A DNA stretch of 64,000 bases, taken from positions 107,019,741 through 107,083,740 of the forward strand of contig CM041465.1 in the NCBI GenBank assembly GCA_023213395.1. Direction: 5' to 3'. The position numbers and the translations under genes were made by a program. The notes under the pieces were generated by a model, which had not been told where the DNA came from, searched no databases, and saw nothing but the letters and a program-made list of their open reading frames with translations. The stretch is from Cycas panzhihuaensis (taxonomy: Eukaryota; Plantae; Cycadophyta). Each line of letters opens with the position of its first letter. The first letter of the stretch is position 1. Positions 25,913-39,069 of the stretch are shown here, one piece after another.

Positions 25913-28446
25913 TGAAATGCTCCTAGCAGGCGGTGACCCTCGTCTCTAGAAAGGGCATAAAAGACACTATGCTAACTAGGCTGAATGGCGAGGATCATAC
26001 CTCGCGGGGCGTTCGTCTTGGCCGGGAGGCAGTGCAGGACTCTGGTGCTGGTTGCTTCCGGTAGCCATGCAAAAGGCCTTCCTACCCTCGGATGGCGGGA
26101 AGGAGAGGAGGTGTCTCGGCGTTGCGGCTTCGAGGCAATGAGAAGGCAGCGAAGGTAAGGGGGACAATTGATCCAACACCTGGCAAAACAAAAGCGAAAA
26201 GGATAGGTCGGGTTTGGCACAAAGAGGGTGTCTACACTATCTTTATGTAAAGCAATAAACTAGTGCGAGAAAAGCAAATGTAAGCGTTTATTTACCCCTT
26301 TTTCTTTATGTTTCTTATCTTTTTACCTATCGAGCGGATCTGAAAGCAAAGGATAATATAAGAGGAAACACAAAGGAAACACGAGGAATACAGGTGCAGC
26401 GTTTGAGGTTGAAACACAGTTGATCTCATGAGGTTTCCGCTCCCTCCTTCTCCTTTCTCCACGCATGGCGTCGGTTGACGGTGGTAAGGGGTTCACTTAC
26501 CTCCCGTGAACATGCGAAACCAAATGAAATGAAAGGGCGAAAAGGAGGCTCAAAACTAAAGAGAGCAAATCACAAATGCAGGGAGTTAACCCGTGATGGG
26601 TTTGCTCACAGCTACCTCCACCAGCGCGATCCTGCGAGAGAACACAAAGAGCACCTTCCTCTTGAGGAGAGGCTCACAAAATATACAAGTAGATATATGT
26701 ATATGTCTTTATAGCTGAAATCAACTTAGCTAAATAAACTAAGCTATATGTTAAAATGTAGCAAAAATGAAACGAGAGCACACAAGATACTCTTACACTA
26801 CCAAATGCCGCAACCACACAAAGTAGAATTGAGTATAGCCTCGGGATGGCTAACTCACCCATAGGAGGTCCCCACAAAGGCTCAGGAAAGGAAAGCCGGA
26901 TGGTAACAATGGCGGATGCGGATGGTCTCAAATCGGTACAGACGCCCTGACACAATCTCCTAAACTCCTCCAACCCGTTCCTTGGGACAACGTGTATGGT
27001 AAGGGGAAGAGGACAAGGGACAGAACCCTTGGGGAGAAGGACGGCAATGGGGGACGGAACCCCGCCTATCTCCCTCGAATCCTCGTGTACGCTCCCTCAC
27101 TCTGGGCGGGGAAAGAATGGGAGAAGGCTTGGAGAAAATGAAGGACTCTAAGAAAAGCAAAAGATGGATTTGGGTCAAGGTAGCACTACAGGCGGTATGG
27201 CCAATGGTAGCTACTTTCATTCAAGGGGTAAAAGCAATGGGAAAGAAGAGGTGGAATGCTTGCCAATAAAAAAAATAAGAAAAGTGCAAGTATGTCCAAG
27301 GATTTGCAAGCAAAAAGCAAAGGAAATACAAGTAAAAGGAAGAAGAAATGCAAGAAAATACAAAAAAAACAAGTAAAGCTAAGGGGTACCTTGTGTAGAG
27401 AGGTCATGCATGCCTCCTACCACTAGGGACAACAGCAATGGAGGTCAAATGAGGACTGATCAAGAGTGTTCCCTGCTGCAATGTGGATGGAGGAGGCTCC
27501 TAGTGAGTTTGGAGTACATGAGAGAGTCTTTGGGCGACTTCTTTGTTGAAGAAGTCCCTTGGATCCTTGTGCAGCTGAACGAGGGAGAAAGCTCGTTGTA
27601 GAGAGTAGCGAGGCGTGATGGCCCTCAAGATCCACTAGTGGCGGCTTGGTTCTCCTCCTCGATTCTTATGCACGAACTTCTTTGATTTACATGTCTTTTC
27701 TTTTGTCTTTTGTGGAGAGTTTTCCTTGGAAGTCTTGGAAAATGAGCTAAAGAATAATGCAAATGAAAGGAAAAAAGGTTTTATCTCTTGTCCATAGTAA
27801 GTGAGCGTTGGGGGCGTTGGGCGCCTCGATCGTGCAGACCCACATGGCGGTTAAAGGTGGCGTGGAAATTGTCGCGTGGTTCTCTTTAAATTTCGAGCAG
27901 GTTGTATCGCGGCAAACTACTGTGATGCAGATTACCAGTCTGCGGTCTTTGCCCTAGTTTACCGATGTCAACTGAAATTAAAAAGAGAAAAATAACGAAA
28001 AATCGGGGTTTTGAGGTAAGATCAAGGCTAAACATGAATTACATCGGTTGGGGAAGGCCGAGCGGTGGGCAAGTACCCCAAAACAATCTGAAGTCCCAAC
28101 TAAGGGTTAATAGGACTTAGGAAGGGCGCAACATAAGCGACATGTTGTAACAAGAACAAACAAGTGAGAAATAATCCAGGAAGCTGTTGAGACATCATGG
28201 GTGGTTGTATGCCATACGGTGTAACATTATTTGAGGAATGGCCCATTGTGAGTCGTCATAGAATTTGAGAAGGCGTCTTTATTGCACATGCATTATGAAT
28301 AAGCAAACAAAGCGTGCATGCGCGAGGCGGTATGTCAAGCAATCTATTCTAACTAACCTTAATCAAGCCAAGGTAAGAAGGGTAAGAGAATATACACGAA
28401 CAAACTGCGTCGATGCGTCTCGAGTCCATTCGATGGGCGGGAAGCG
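25913..28446 (-). repeat. 5' LTR of element 2
   Basis: Direct repeat of 12296-14874; the terminal TG is degenerate (CG). Confidence 0.88.
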
Positions 28447-29825
28447 AGGACATACCAAATATCCCTTACCCTCCTCTGCATATCCAAGTGGCTACTCCAT
28501 ATAGACCTCTTTTGTCAAATCTCCATTAAGGAGAATCATTCATGTCGGACTAGTGTAATTTCCATTTAAATTAGGAAGTGAAAGCAAGTATGATCCTTAT
28601 AGTCATCATTTTTTACTACTAGAGCAAGCGTCTCATGATCATCAACTCCTCCTTTCTACTTGAAGCCTTGACCACTAATCTAGTTTTATATTTCAATCGA
28701 GCCATTTTATATGAATTTGGTCATATAAACAGTCTACATCCAATTGCACATTTCCTTTGAGAAATTATACTAAATCCAAGTTTTATTCTTACTCCTCCAA
28801 ATTTCCAACATCTATAACGTCTTTCCACTTTTTCTCTGAATTTGCCCCTTAAAAGTGGAAGCCTTTTTACATTAAACTTTTGTGTCATAAGAGCATAATT
28901 GACCCCTTCTATAGGTCTCATCTTGGATTTTTGCTTACCTTGTGTCTCAAGTGACTATGCATCAACAATTGTTTTCAGATACCATTTGAAGGCAACCTCT
29001 TTGATGGCAAAATGATTTCGGTTAACATCCTCAAATCCCTCCTCTTCATCAATAGTATCAACCAATGCATTGATTGGTTATGATTCCGGCATGACAAATT
29101 CTCTGAAAAAACTTGATTATAGTTGTTTCTTGATTTGTTTTCCTTTCTCCTGCCTAAGTGCAATGAACCTAGGGTTTTCTCCTTGTCACTTTCTTCAAAT
29201 ATGGCGTCACAAGTTGTGTGCACCATTTTGACTTTTAACTTGTACACTCAATAAGTTTTCCCATCTCATTATACCAAGCGAAAATGCAATTTAAATTTTC
29301 TTAATCAATTTTTATTGTTTCTCCTTTGGAATGTGTATGACCTATACACTCAAAAGATTACTGCGAGGAGCTCATTGTAGCCTTTTACACATCCAAGCCT
29401 CCTCGAGCATCACATTCCTAACAACCTTTATAGGACTCTTGTTAAATCGAAGTAAATTGTTGCATCATAGCTCTTGTCGAATCTAGTAAACTCTTGACAT
29501 TCAATATTAACTTGGCATTTTCAATAAGAGTCATATTCATCCTTCACATCATTTTATTTTACTATGGTGTATATATAGTTGTGAACTACTTTTGATTCCA
29601 TGATTCTTACAACATTGATCAAATTCTTTGGAGGTGTATTCACCACTATTATTAGATCACGAGGATTTTCAACTTTGTGCACTTTTATTTTAGCCTTCTC
29701 TTTAATTTTTGAAAATATCAAAGGCATATGACTTCTCATTATGGAATAAACCCATGCTTTCCTAGAAAGCATCAAGGTAAAGAGTTATTTTGCACCTCCA
29801 AAGTGATCTTGTTAGTATTAGTTCA

Positions 29826-30627
29826 TGCCAAGATTGTAAATGGTTTAACATGCACAGCATACATCCAGATCTTTAGCATACACAACAAACATCAAATAAC
29901 AAGAAATGATACACTTGAATATATGTAGAAAAACCCTCTTACCGAGAAAGAAACCCACCAAGCCAAATCAATCATTACATTCATTACGGTGATCCAACCT
30001 AGGGCTTGGAGTTATATATAAACCCATATGGTACATCCATATAAAGAAATCACGACTCTTAGGTTAATCATGGCTATTCAACTAATCAACTCATTAATTA
30101 ACCACATTTACATTAATTAACTATATGGTTAACACTTAACCACTCTTTAGCATCCTTTAATGGAAATGTAAGAATTGAGGCTTCAATTAGAAATCTCAAG
30201 CGAAGGCGATCTATTTTTCAAAAGAGTTTTCCTAGGTATATCACTGCTGTACTATTCTTTATTGTTTTGATGCTTGCTACTGATACCATGTTAAAGATTG
30301 TGAATGGTTTAACATGCACAACATACATCAAATCTTCAACATACAACAAGCTTCAAACAACAAAAGGAAATAGTACACTAGACTATATCCGAAAAACCGT
30401 TTCGAGGGAAAAAAGCCCACTTCAAAGCCAAATCAATCGTTCGTTGATTGCTATAATGAGTTGATACATCGATCTAAGGGTTGGTATATATATACAAAAC
30501 TTGTATGAAGTGCGTCCATCTAAAGAGATGCAACTCTTTGTTAATCATGGCCATTCAACTAATCAACTCACTAATTAACCACATTTACATTAATGTAAGT
30601 ATGTGGTTAACACTTAACAATCTAACA
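29826..30627 (-). mobile_element. TRIM-like non-coding LTR mini-element inserted in the Copia A integrase
   Basis: Two ~330-bp imperfect direct repeats (29826-30152 and 30289-30627; the latter TG...CA). Met-type PBS TGGTATCAGTAGC at ~30276-30288, and only ~135 bp of internal sequence. Confidence 0.7.
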
Positions 30628-30961
30628 CCGATCCAACAAATATCATAGTGGACATAAGTCAATTTCTCTTTGCACTCTTAAAGGCTTTACCTCTTTCAGA
30701 AATTTCTCTTGATGTTCCTTGATCATTATACATAAGTTCACATAGATAATTTTTTCAAGTTTCAAGGTCTTGGTAAGCCATGTACCATGTTCAATTTAAG
30801 CATCAACCAAATACAAGACTAATTCAAATGTCCCATGCATCTAAGCGTGAATGATTCTTACGGGTTATATTAGTAGTAAATGCTCTTTGATTCACATTTA
30901 CGCCTTTCGACTTATAAAGGCCATCTTCTTCTATACCTATTGCTATGACTTTTCCATTACT

Positions 30962-31461
30962 NNNNNNNNNNNNNNNNNNNNNNNNNNNNNNNNNNNNNNN
31001 NNNNNNNNNNNNNNNNNNNNNNNNNNNNNNNNNNNNNNNNNNNNNNNNNNNNNNNNNNNNNNNNNNNNNNNNNNNNNNNNNNNNNNNNNNNNNNNNNNNN
31101 NNNNNNNNNNNNNNNNNNNNNNNNNNNNNNNNNNNNNNNNNNNNNNNNNNNNNNNNNNNNNNNNNNNNNNNNNNNNNNNNNNNNNNNNNNNNNNNNNNNN
31201 NNNNNNNNNNNNNNNNNNNNNNNNNNNNNNNNNNNNNNNNNNNNNNNNNNNNNNNNNNNNNNNNNNNNNNNNNNNNNNNNNNNNNNNNNNNNNNNNNNNN
31301 NNNNNNNNNNNNNNNNNNNNNNNNNNNNNNNNNNNNNNNNNNNNNNNNNNNNNNNNNNNNNNNNNNNNNNNNNNNNNNNNNNNNNNNNNNNNNNNNNNNN
31401 NNNNNNNNNNNNNNNNNNNNNNNNNNNNNNNNNNNNNNNNNNNNNNNNNNNNNNNNNNNNN
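30962..31461. other. Assembly gap (500 N)
   Basis: Run of N; the sequences on either side need not be truly adjacent. Confidence 0.99.
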
Positions 31462-34400
31462 ATCACAAAGTATTTCACAATATTATTATTATAAGTAAAA
31501 ATTGCAGTAGTTTGCCAATAGATACTATTTTTTAATGAAAATTTTATGTAATTTAGCTAATAACCCATCAATGAAGGATCCTAAGTGTAGAGGTAGTTTA
31601 GAACATGTGGTATAAGATAAAACATATGACTCAACAAATCTAAATGAAGGGGAAACAATATTACAAAGGGAGAATATGATGCCTTTTCTAGCCCAAAGAG
31701 CCTGATGGGTGGACTAACAACCATAGATCAAAGTCATCATCAACTACGAGGACATGGGTAGGTAGCCAAACAAACAAGTAAAACATACTCCATTATCTAA
31801 ACTGTAATTTATCAAATCGACAAGATGAAAGAGTAACAAAGCATACTTATACTTACCTATATATCATGATGTATATGTCATTCTTAGAAGATTGGAAATA
31901 ACCTCCTTTAGTATATTGTTGTATCTCTTAGAAACCAAAGTCTTTAAAAATTATATTTTATTAGTAATAATCAACCTTAACATAGATTAAAATCTTATGT
32001 TTTTAATTAAAGCCCCAAAACATCTCAACTGGAAATGACATACTCACTTCCTATGTTGGAAACACTACCTAAATAATTACCACTTTCAAGAATTTAAATT
32101 CAAATATATAAGTCATTTCTTAATCGAGATATAGATGTTGCCATGCACCAATATGCCAATTTTTCTTTTCCAAGGTTTAAAAAACTTACCTAAAGTGATG
32201 CAAGCACCATTAAGCCTTACTTCAATTTTGAGAAATTAGTGATAGATGAGCTTCACATATAGATTTCAATTCATGAATTGTTGCAAACAATAAAACATTA
32301 ATGTGCAAATATAAACTTCTTAATAATACTCAACTTATGAGTTCTCATTCCTATATTAAGCCTCTCTCGGCTACAATAATTGAGAATCATGTTGTCATTA
32401 GACTTTTTTTGCTTTTATTAGCTCCTCTTAAAATTTGTAGGCTTTTGTTTCAGTGTTTGACTCTTTGCATCACATGCATATGACTTAAAACTCCCTCATA
32501 AGTTCAAATCCTCTTAGACCTCCCACCATAATAATTTTATAAAATTTATAAGCTAAGTATACTATAGTACCTTCAGAACACAAAAATGTGTGACTAATAC
32601 TATATTGGGTAAGAGCAAGTGTTACCCTTTACCTAAATAGTGTTAAATTTGACATCCTTCATGATTGAACAAACTTGTGATACTTATATAAGCAATTTTA
32701 GGCTTATTCCTTATTTAATACCATGTTATAAAATTGACATGCACACACTCTAAAAGGTATTAAAATTACACTCTTATATCTAATTACTATTCATAAGAAT
32801 ATGTGCATACAAATAGAATATATAAAGGGGGAAATACCTATAAGGATATATGTGCATGAATGATATCTTAACTATAAGTTACAACTAACTTTGAGAGGAA
32901 AGTTACAAGCATGATTTTTAGAAATTAAGTGATTAACCCACCCAATACATATATTAAACATTATTTCTAATAATTGGCAAAAATAACCATTTGAGAAAAT
33001 CATTAGAAATTGTTCCTAGAGTTGGAACTGATCGATAAAATAGGTTTGTATTAAACCCTTAAAGCTAAAAATAAATATTACAAGAAAATTGCTAAACATC
33101 TTTGGAAGGAATTGATAAATAAAACTTTTGCATAATCAACCACTACTTATGGCTTTATTTAATACAAGTGGATATAAATATTAAGTTTGTTGTAAGAAAT
33201 TTGCTAGGGATATCTTAGTGGACATGGAAACACTAATAGTATGAATTCTTTGTTGTGGAATGAGTGTGAACAAAAACTTGTTAGGGATCTCTTGATTAAG
33301 TTGAAAGAGATTGACCATCACTAGGATTACTATGTAAAACTAGTGTATTTAGCTTTTTGCATTGAGGTAGGTCTATGATGACACTTAGCATTTATTTGTT
33401 CTTTTGTGTAAAGAGTCGCATTCCATGCGAAAGGGGGAAAAAGTAGGAGCACAATTAAACTTGCTAATTTTATTAAAGAAGATACATTTCCCAATCTTAT
33501 CTACCCATCTTTATCATTACATGCCTCTTATAGGATTGCAAAATAAAAGAAACATATATGGTGCTTGTAAATTACTCTATATTTCTATTTAGGAAATTTT
33601 GTTACAAAATTGGGGGAAAAAAATTCAACTATAGGATGCGGTAGTAATGCTAAAGCATACTGGGTTAAACATATTAAGAAGGATGAGATCTATGCCCTTC
33701 AACTCATTTAGGAAAACCATAAACATATAATTCAAAAGCAAATTAAGAGAGATGGGGATCCTCCGAGGATTAGAAAATATAAAAGAGAGAAATGGGAAGT
33801 AGAGGCATGAAACATTGATGGTCATAAAGAAATTAAATTTTACATGACCAAACCTAAATTCCTAAAGACAAAGATGGCTTTATATCCAGCTAAAGTGTTC
33901 ATATGGATATTATAAATCACCCAAATTTAAATGTATACTTGCACATACCCAAAATTTGAATGCATCCATGAATGCACACTTATAACTTAAGCCGTTAGGC
34001 GAGAGACGAGCAAATAAGAGGCAATGGGCAAAATTAAAAGAAAGGACAAATGGGGGAGGGAGAAGCAGTATCCCTCATTGACCCATTCAACCCTCCATCC
34101 TATGCTCAAGCATTAAGTCTCCCATCCCTCTAATGATGGATCTATTTAGTGTTATTTACACCATGATTGATGGGGATGGAGAAGGGGGACAACATGGCAA
34201 CAATAAGGGGGTTAGGCATTTATTTTAAAGGGGAGCAAGGTCCTATGGAGAAGACAAAGTTTGTTAGTAGGAAAAAATTTAATATCTTTTATTTAAATAA
34301 GAGCAACTTCTATATAAAGGTTATTTTTAATGATTGTGAGAGGGGCACTAATTTAAGTAGCAAACATAGTTATAATACACAAGACCTAACTACACATTTT

Positions 34401-34719
34401 TTATTTTCTAACCAATTTAAACTTGGAAAAATATTGTTATTATTTTCTTTGAGCATGGTCACATGAACGAGGGCTTTTTGAATAATTTCAATGGCAGCTA
34501 TTGAAACTTTTCTAGAGTAATTGACAAAACTCAAGTGTCATATAAGCACACTTATCCCAATAACTACTACAAAATAAAGAAAACACATTACGTAACGGCA
34601 TAGTTGATGCACGTTTACTTATAGTTGTGAACTGCTAAAATACCAAATAATCTCGCGATTTTCCAAATAATCTCGCGACCGTTGGATTAAATAACAGGCG
34701 GTAAAGGAGGGCATCTTGT

Positions 34720-34733
34720 TGGGCTAGGGTTAG
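34720..34733 (+). promoter_or_regulatory. Site II motif plus telo-box-like motif upstream of RPS27a
   Basis: TGGGCT (site II, TGGGCY) overlaps TAGGGTTAG about 90-100 bp before the ATG, a pairing typical of plant ribosomal-protein promoters. Confidence 0.45.
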
Positions 34734-34820
34734 GCATGGTTATGCATATTTTAGTAGTTAACAATAAGAGTGGGGTGTTCGGAACAAACTGTTCGCCCGG
34801 ACGTGATCTGTGTTGCAACC

Positions 34821-35446
<626 letters not shown>

Positions 35447-36859
35447 GCTTCTTTTCTTAAGTAGGTCGGCCACAAGGAGGAGTCGAGAAGCATAATCCCG
35501 TGGGAATTAGCTTTATTTTAGCAGATAGAGAATTTGTGATTCCCAATTTTGTGGCTTGCAATGGCCTGGAACTACCCAGGCAAAGAGTTCTTTTAGGGCA
35601 TTAGAAACCCCGATCTTTCGTCCTGTTTACATGTGCCCACTTATGACAATTTGGGAAATAGTTTAAATCTTCATCAAGTGAGTCAGGTCTATTTTGACTG
35701 CAAATAGCTGTATAGCTTGCTAGGTTCAAGATGCGAGCGGTAAGCTTTTCATTGGGTTGGGGGGCTTTAATTTTGAGGCCTTGTGTGGCTCTGGAATATG
35801 TCTGTGTGGTGGTATCAAGTTTCATTAATTTTCAACTCCATTATTTGTTTGTGGTGGTTGTTTTAGAGCTGTTCTTGAATTTGAAAATTTAGCATAAAAC
35901 TAATTATGTTGTGCAATATTTTAAGCCGTATGATTGTATATAGAGTTTGCATGAGTGGTATGTTTTTGCAGACTGTTCACATAAATTCAGGGATGTACTG
36001 GGCGTTTAGCAAATGCTTGTTTTGTGCCTAGTTGATTGTATCCTTAGAAGCAAGGACGATTCCGATGGACTGTAACCTATCCGGATGCCTCCTTTATGAA
36101 ACATTCAAAGAAAGCTAGAATTAAGAGCGTTCATTGTTCAAATTTTCCTTTTAGGGTATATTTTCTAAACTGGTATTTTATTGATATAAAAACCCAAGTG
36201 TTCAACAAAAAAATGGATTATTGTTCACTTTTCAGAGACCAGGTTGAGTGGAGGTTGAGATCTAAAGGTAAGATGAAGCGACAAACATCTTCAAACCCAC
36301 TGTCCTGGGTTTTATAGCTGAAAGATGTTGCTTTAAGGCGCTTTTTATCCTTTTAACTTGCAGATTTTGCCAGATGTCTTGTATCCTTGATAAGATTACT
36401 AGTGATTGATTCCTATATGAAAGCTGTATGTTTGGGTTATGCCTTTGGTCTATATTTCTCTTCCTAAGTAGTGCAGTTTGTTTTCCATTATGCATTGATA
36501 GTCATAACTTGTAGCTTGGTTTGAAAGATGAAATTGTGTGGGACAAGAAAAACATTATCTAGTGATTCTAGGGCCACAACGAGTTTAGATAGTAAGGAAT
36601 GAATAGGGCAGACTCAAAGGTGTTTATCCCTGTTGTTTCTTTACTAAAAAAAGGAACTGCTAAGCTGAGATTCCCAGGTGAGTGGGATCTATTCCTCCTC
36701 CAAATTGTCAGCAATATGGGAATAGATATGGCAGTAAAAAAAATGAGGCTTTAATTGGGGGTAGTTCTTTAGTACCACAACAGTTCTTACAAATAGAGGC
36801 AAATCTTAGATGCATCATTTTCTTATTTCTTTTCAGTTCTTAGACTAGGTCGGCCTCAA

Positions 36860-37821
36860 GTAGGGCTTAGAGTATTCTTGGATTCAACTATCTAGGGCCT
36901 AATAGGTTAGATTATGGTGCCCTATATGCATCTATGTTTGGCCTAATATAGGATATGGCCTAGGTACATACTTAGGCCATATATAGCAGATATCCAACAA
37001 TTTGATATGTGTTAGGTATGGAGACATGGTTGTATATGGAGCGCTCTATGATATAAGTTTCTCACGAAGTTACTAAAAACTCAAAAACAAAAATGGGGGA
37101 AATGTGAGAATCCCAATTTCCAAAAAATCCTCAAAAAATGGAAAAACATTTGTGTATAGATGTATGTATATGTATATGTGTGTGTGTATAAATAATATGA
37201 AAAATTACATAGTAATTTATTCAATCATTAAGTAATTATTCTAGGCATTTAAGTTATTATTGTATGCATTTAAAAATATAAAATATAGAATTAAAACATA
37301 ATTTGGACATGCATTTACATTACATAATTGGAACATTGTAGGGCTTAGAGTATTATTGGATTCAACTATCAAGGGCTTAACAGGTTAGATTATGTTGCCC
37401 TATATGCATCTATGTTTGACCTAATATGGGATATGGCCTAGGTACATATTTGGGCCATATCTAGCGGATATCCAACTATTTGATATGCATTAGGTATGGA
37501 GAGTGGAGACATGGTCATATATGGAGCGCTCTATGATATAGGTTTCTCACGAAGTTACTAAAAACTTGAAAACAAAAATGGGGGAAATGTGAGAATCCCA
37601 ATTTCCAAAAAATCCCCAAAAATGTAAAAACATTTGTGTATAGATGTATGTATATGTATATGTGTGTGTGCATAAATAATATGAAAAAATACATAGTAAT
37701 TTATTCAACTATTAAGTAATCATTCTAGGCATTTAAGTTATTATTGTATGCATTTAAAAATATAAAATATAGAATTAAAACATAATTTGAACATGCATTT
37801 ACATTACATAATTGGAACATT
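36860..37821. repeat. Tandem duplication, 2 x ~480 bp (probable hAT terminal/subterminal segment)
   Basis: Units start GTAGGGCTTAGAGTATT at 36860 and 37338, and both end TACATAATTGGAACATT. Confidence 0.85.
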
Positions 37822-37899
37822 TATATGACAAATTGTCAGAATGACATCAAAGCTAGATTACAAATTTATAATTTGCAAGAGAACAATTTTGATGGGATG

Positions 37900-38340
37900 T
37901 TGGAAAACCATAAAGGAATAAAGCCATATGTGTTCTAATTTCTTCTTGAATAAAGCCATATGTGTTCTAATTTCTTCTTGTTGAAAAGGAGTTTGCCACC
38001 TATGAAAGAACTCGAATAGCAAGCTATTGCATTATCTCAATTCTTGCACCATTTATGGTCCATTGTAAGATTGCATCCATTTTATTTTATCCACGAATGT
38101 TTGTACGTTTTCAAATACGAGGCCAAATTTCATTAACAAAACTAGCAAATTGTTTTTGAGTCTGTAAAGCATCATTAATATTTAAACAAATATTTTAATG
38201 ATTTGTTTAAAACTGTTGGAGGCTTTGTTATTCTTGCATGGGGATTTCTTATAAATGTTTGATTCAATGTAGGAAATGTCATAACACCTTGAATTCAGTG
38301 CATGGGCTAAGGTGTGGAATTCGTCTCACCTTGCATTCGA
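37900..38340 (-). pseudogene. hAT transposase C-terminal (dimerisation domain) remnant
   Basis: Minus strand FHTLAHALNSRCY (~38280-38320) and MQ*LAIRVLS*VANSFSTRRN*NTYGFI (~37950-38035) resemble the hAT motifs LH.AAY.LNP and AIRVLSQ..SSS..ERNWS. Confidence 0.7.
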
Positions 38341-38481
38341 TATGTTAAGGCTTGCTGCTATTGGTCTTGTGAAGTAAGGCTATTGTGGGTTGTCACATGT
38401 TTCTTAGAATCAAAGGCTCTAGTGCGAAGCCCCCTCCACATAGGACAAGTACATGTCCATGTTTGTCATTTCATTTGATTT

Positions 38482-38556
38482 TATCTATCTATCTATCTAT
38501 CTATAGATAGATAGATAGATAGATACATATATACATACATACATACATGTATGTAT

Positions 38557-38593
<37 letters not shown>
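38482..38593. repeat. Compound microsatellite (TCTA)n(TAGA)n(TACA)n(CT)n
   Basis: Directly visible in the sequence. Confidence 0.95.
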
Positions 38594-38594
<1 letters not shown>

Positions 38595-38850
38595 GGATTA
38601 ATGTTTATCTGTTGTATCAATGATGGGGTTTGTGTGTATATGGCATATGACTATAATTTTATAGTGGTATCATAAAAGTCATAAACTTTGGCTTAAAAAA
38701 AATGAAGGGAAATCCTCATTGCTTCTATACTCCCCTTGGCATTAGTCTTCCATTTTTATTGATCATTTCTACCCATCTCTTTCTTTTAATTAATTAATTA
38801 ATTTTTTTTCCATGTATTGTTGTGAATTTATACACTGTTTTGTGGGTCAT

Positions 38851-39040
38851 TGCAAAAAGAGAGTGAGAAAAACAATATATACCATTCAAGAGAGGTATGC
38901 AACTACTATTTTTTGTCTTTTCAAGATGGTGCACATATTTGTACCATTTTCAAAGTGGTCTAAATATATGCACCATCTTGAAAAGACAAAAAATAGTAGT
39001 TGCATATCTCTTTTGAATGGTATATATTGTTCTTTTTGCA
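38851..39040. repeat. Long fold-back inverted repeat (~80-bp arms, ~9-nt loop), MITE-like
   Basis: AACAATATATACCATTCAA...GCAACTACTATTTTTTGTCTTTTCAAGATGGTGCA pairs with TGCACCATCTTGAAAAGACAAAAAATAGTAGTTGC...TTGAATGGTATATATTGTT. Confidence 0.9.
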
Positions 39041-39069
39041 ACAACACAATTTTGTATTGTTGTTTAGTT

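Larger units (their letters stand above)
12296..28446 (-). mobile_element. Full-length Ty3/Gypsy Tat-type element 2 (~16.1 kb): LTR-gag-PR-RT-RH-INT-[antisense PMD]-[aRH]-LTR
   Basis: Two ~2.5 kb direct LTRs, PBS, PPT and a 5-bp TSD GGGAC (12291-12295) / AGGAC (28447-28451). It splits the Copia A RT exactly at this point. Confidence 0.93.
10875..30961 (-). mobile_element. Degenerate Ty1/Copia element A, host of element 2 and the TRIM-like insert; 5' part runs into the gap
   Basis: RNase H motif KHIEVRYHFIREK (11135-11365) and RT remnants to 12295. RT resumes at 28447 (LNGDLTKEVYME...YLVC|..KALYGLK). Integrase remnants at ~29100-29820 and ~30630-30700, and GHLN motif at ~30830. Confidence 0.85.

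Noticed and set aside
30851-31535. Long ORFs spanning the N run
   Set aside because: Artefacts of translating the gap.
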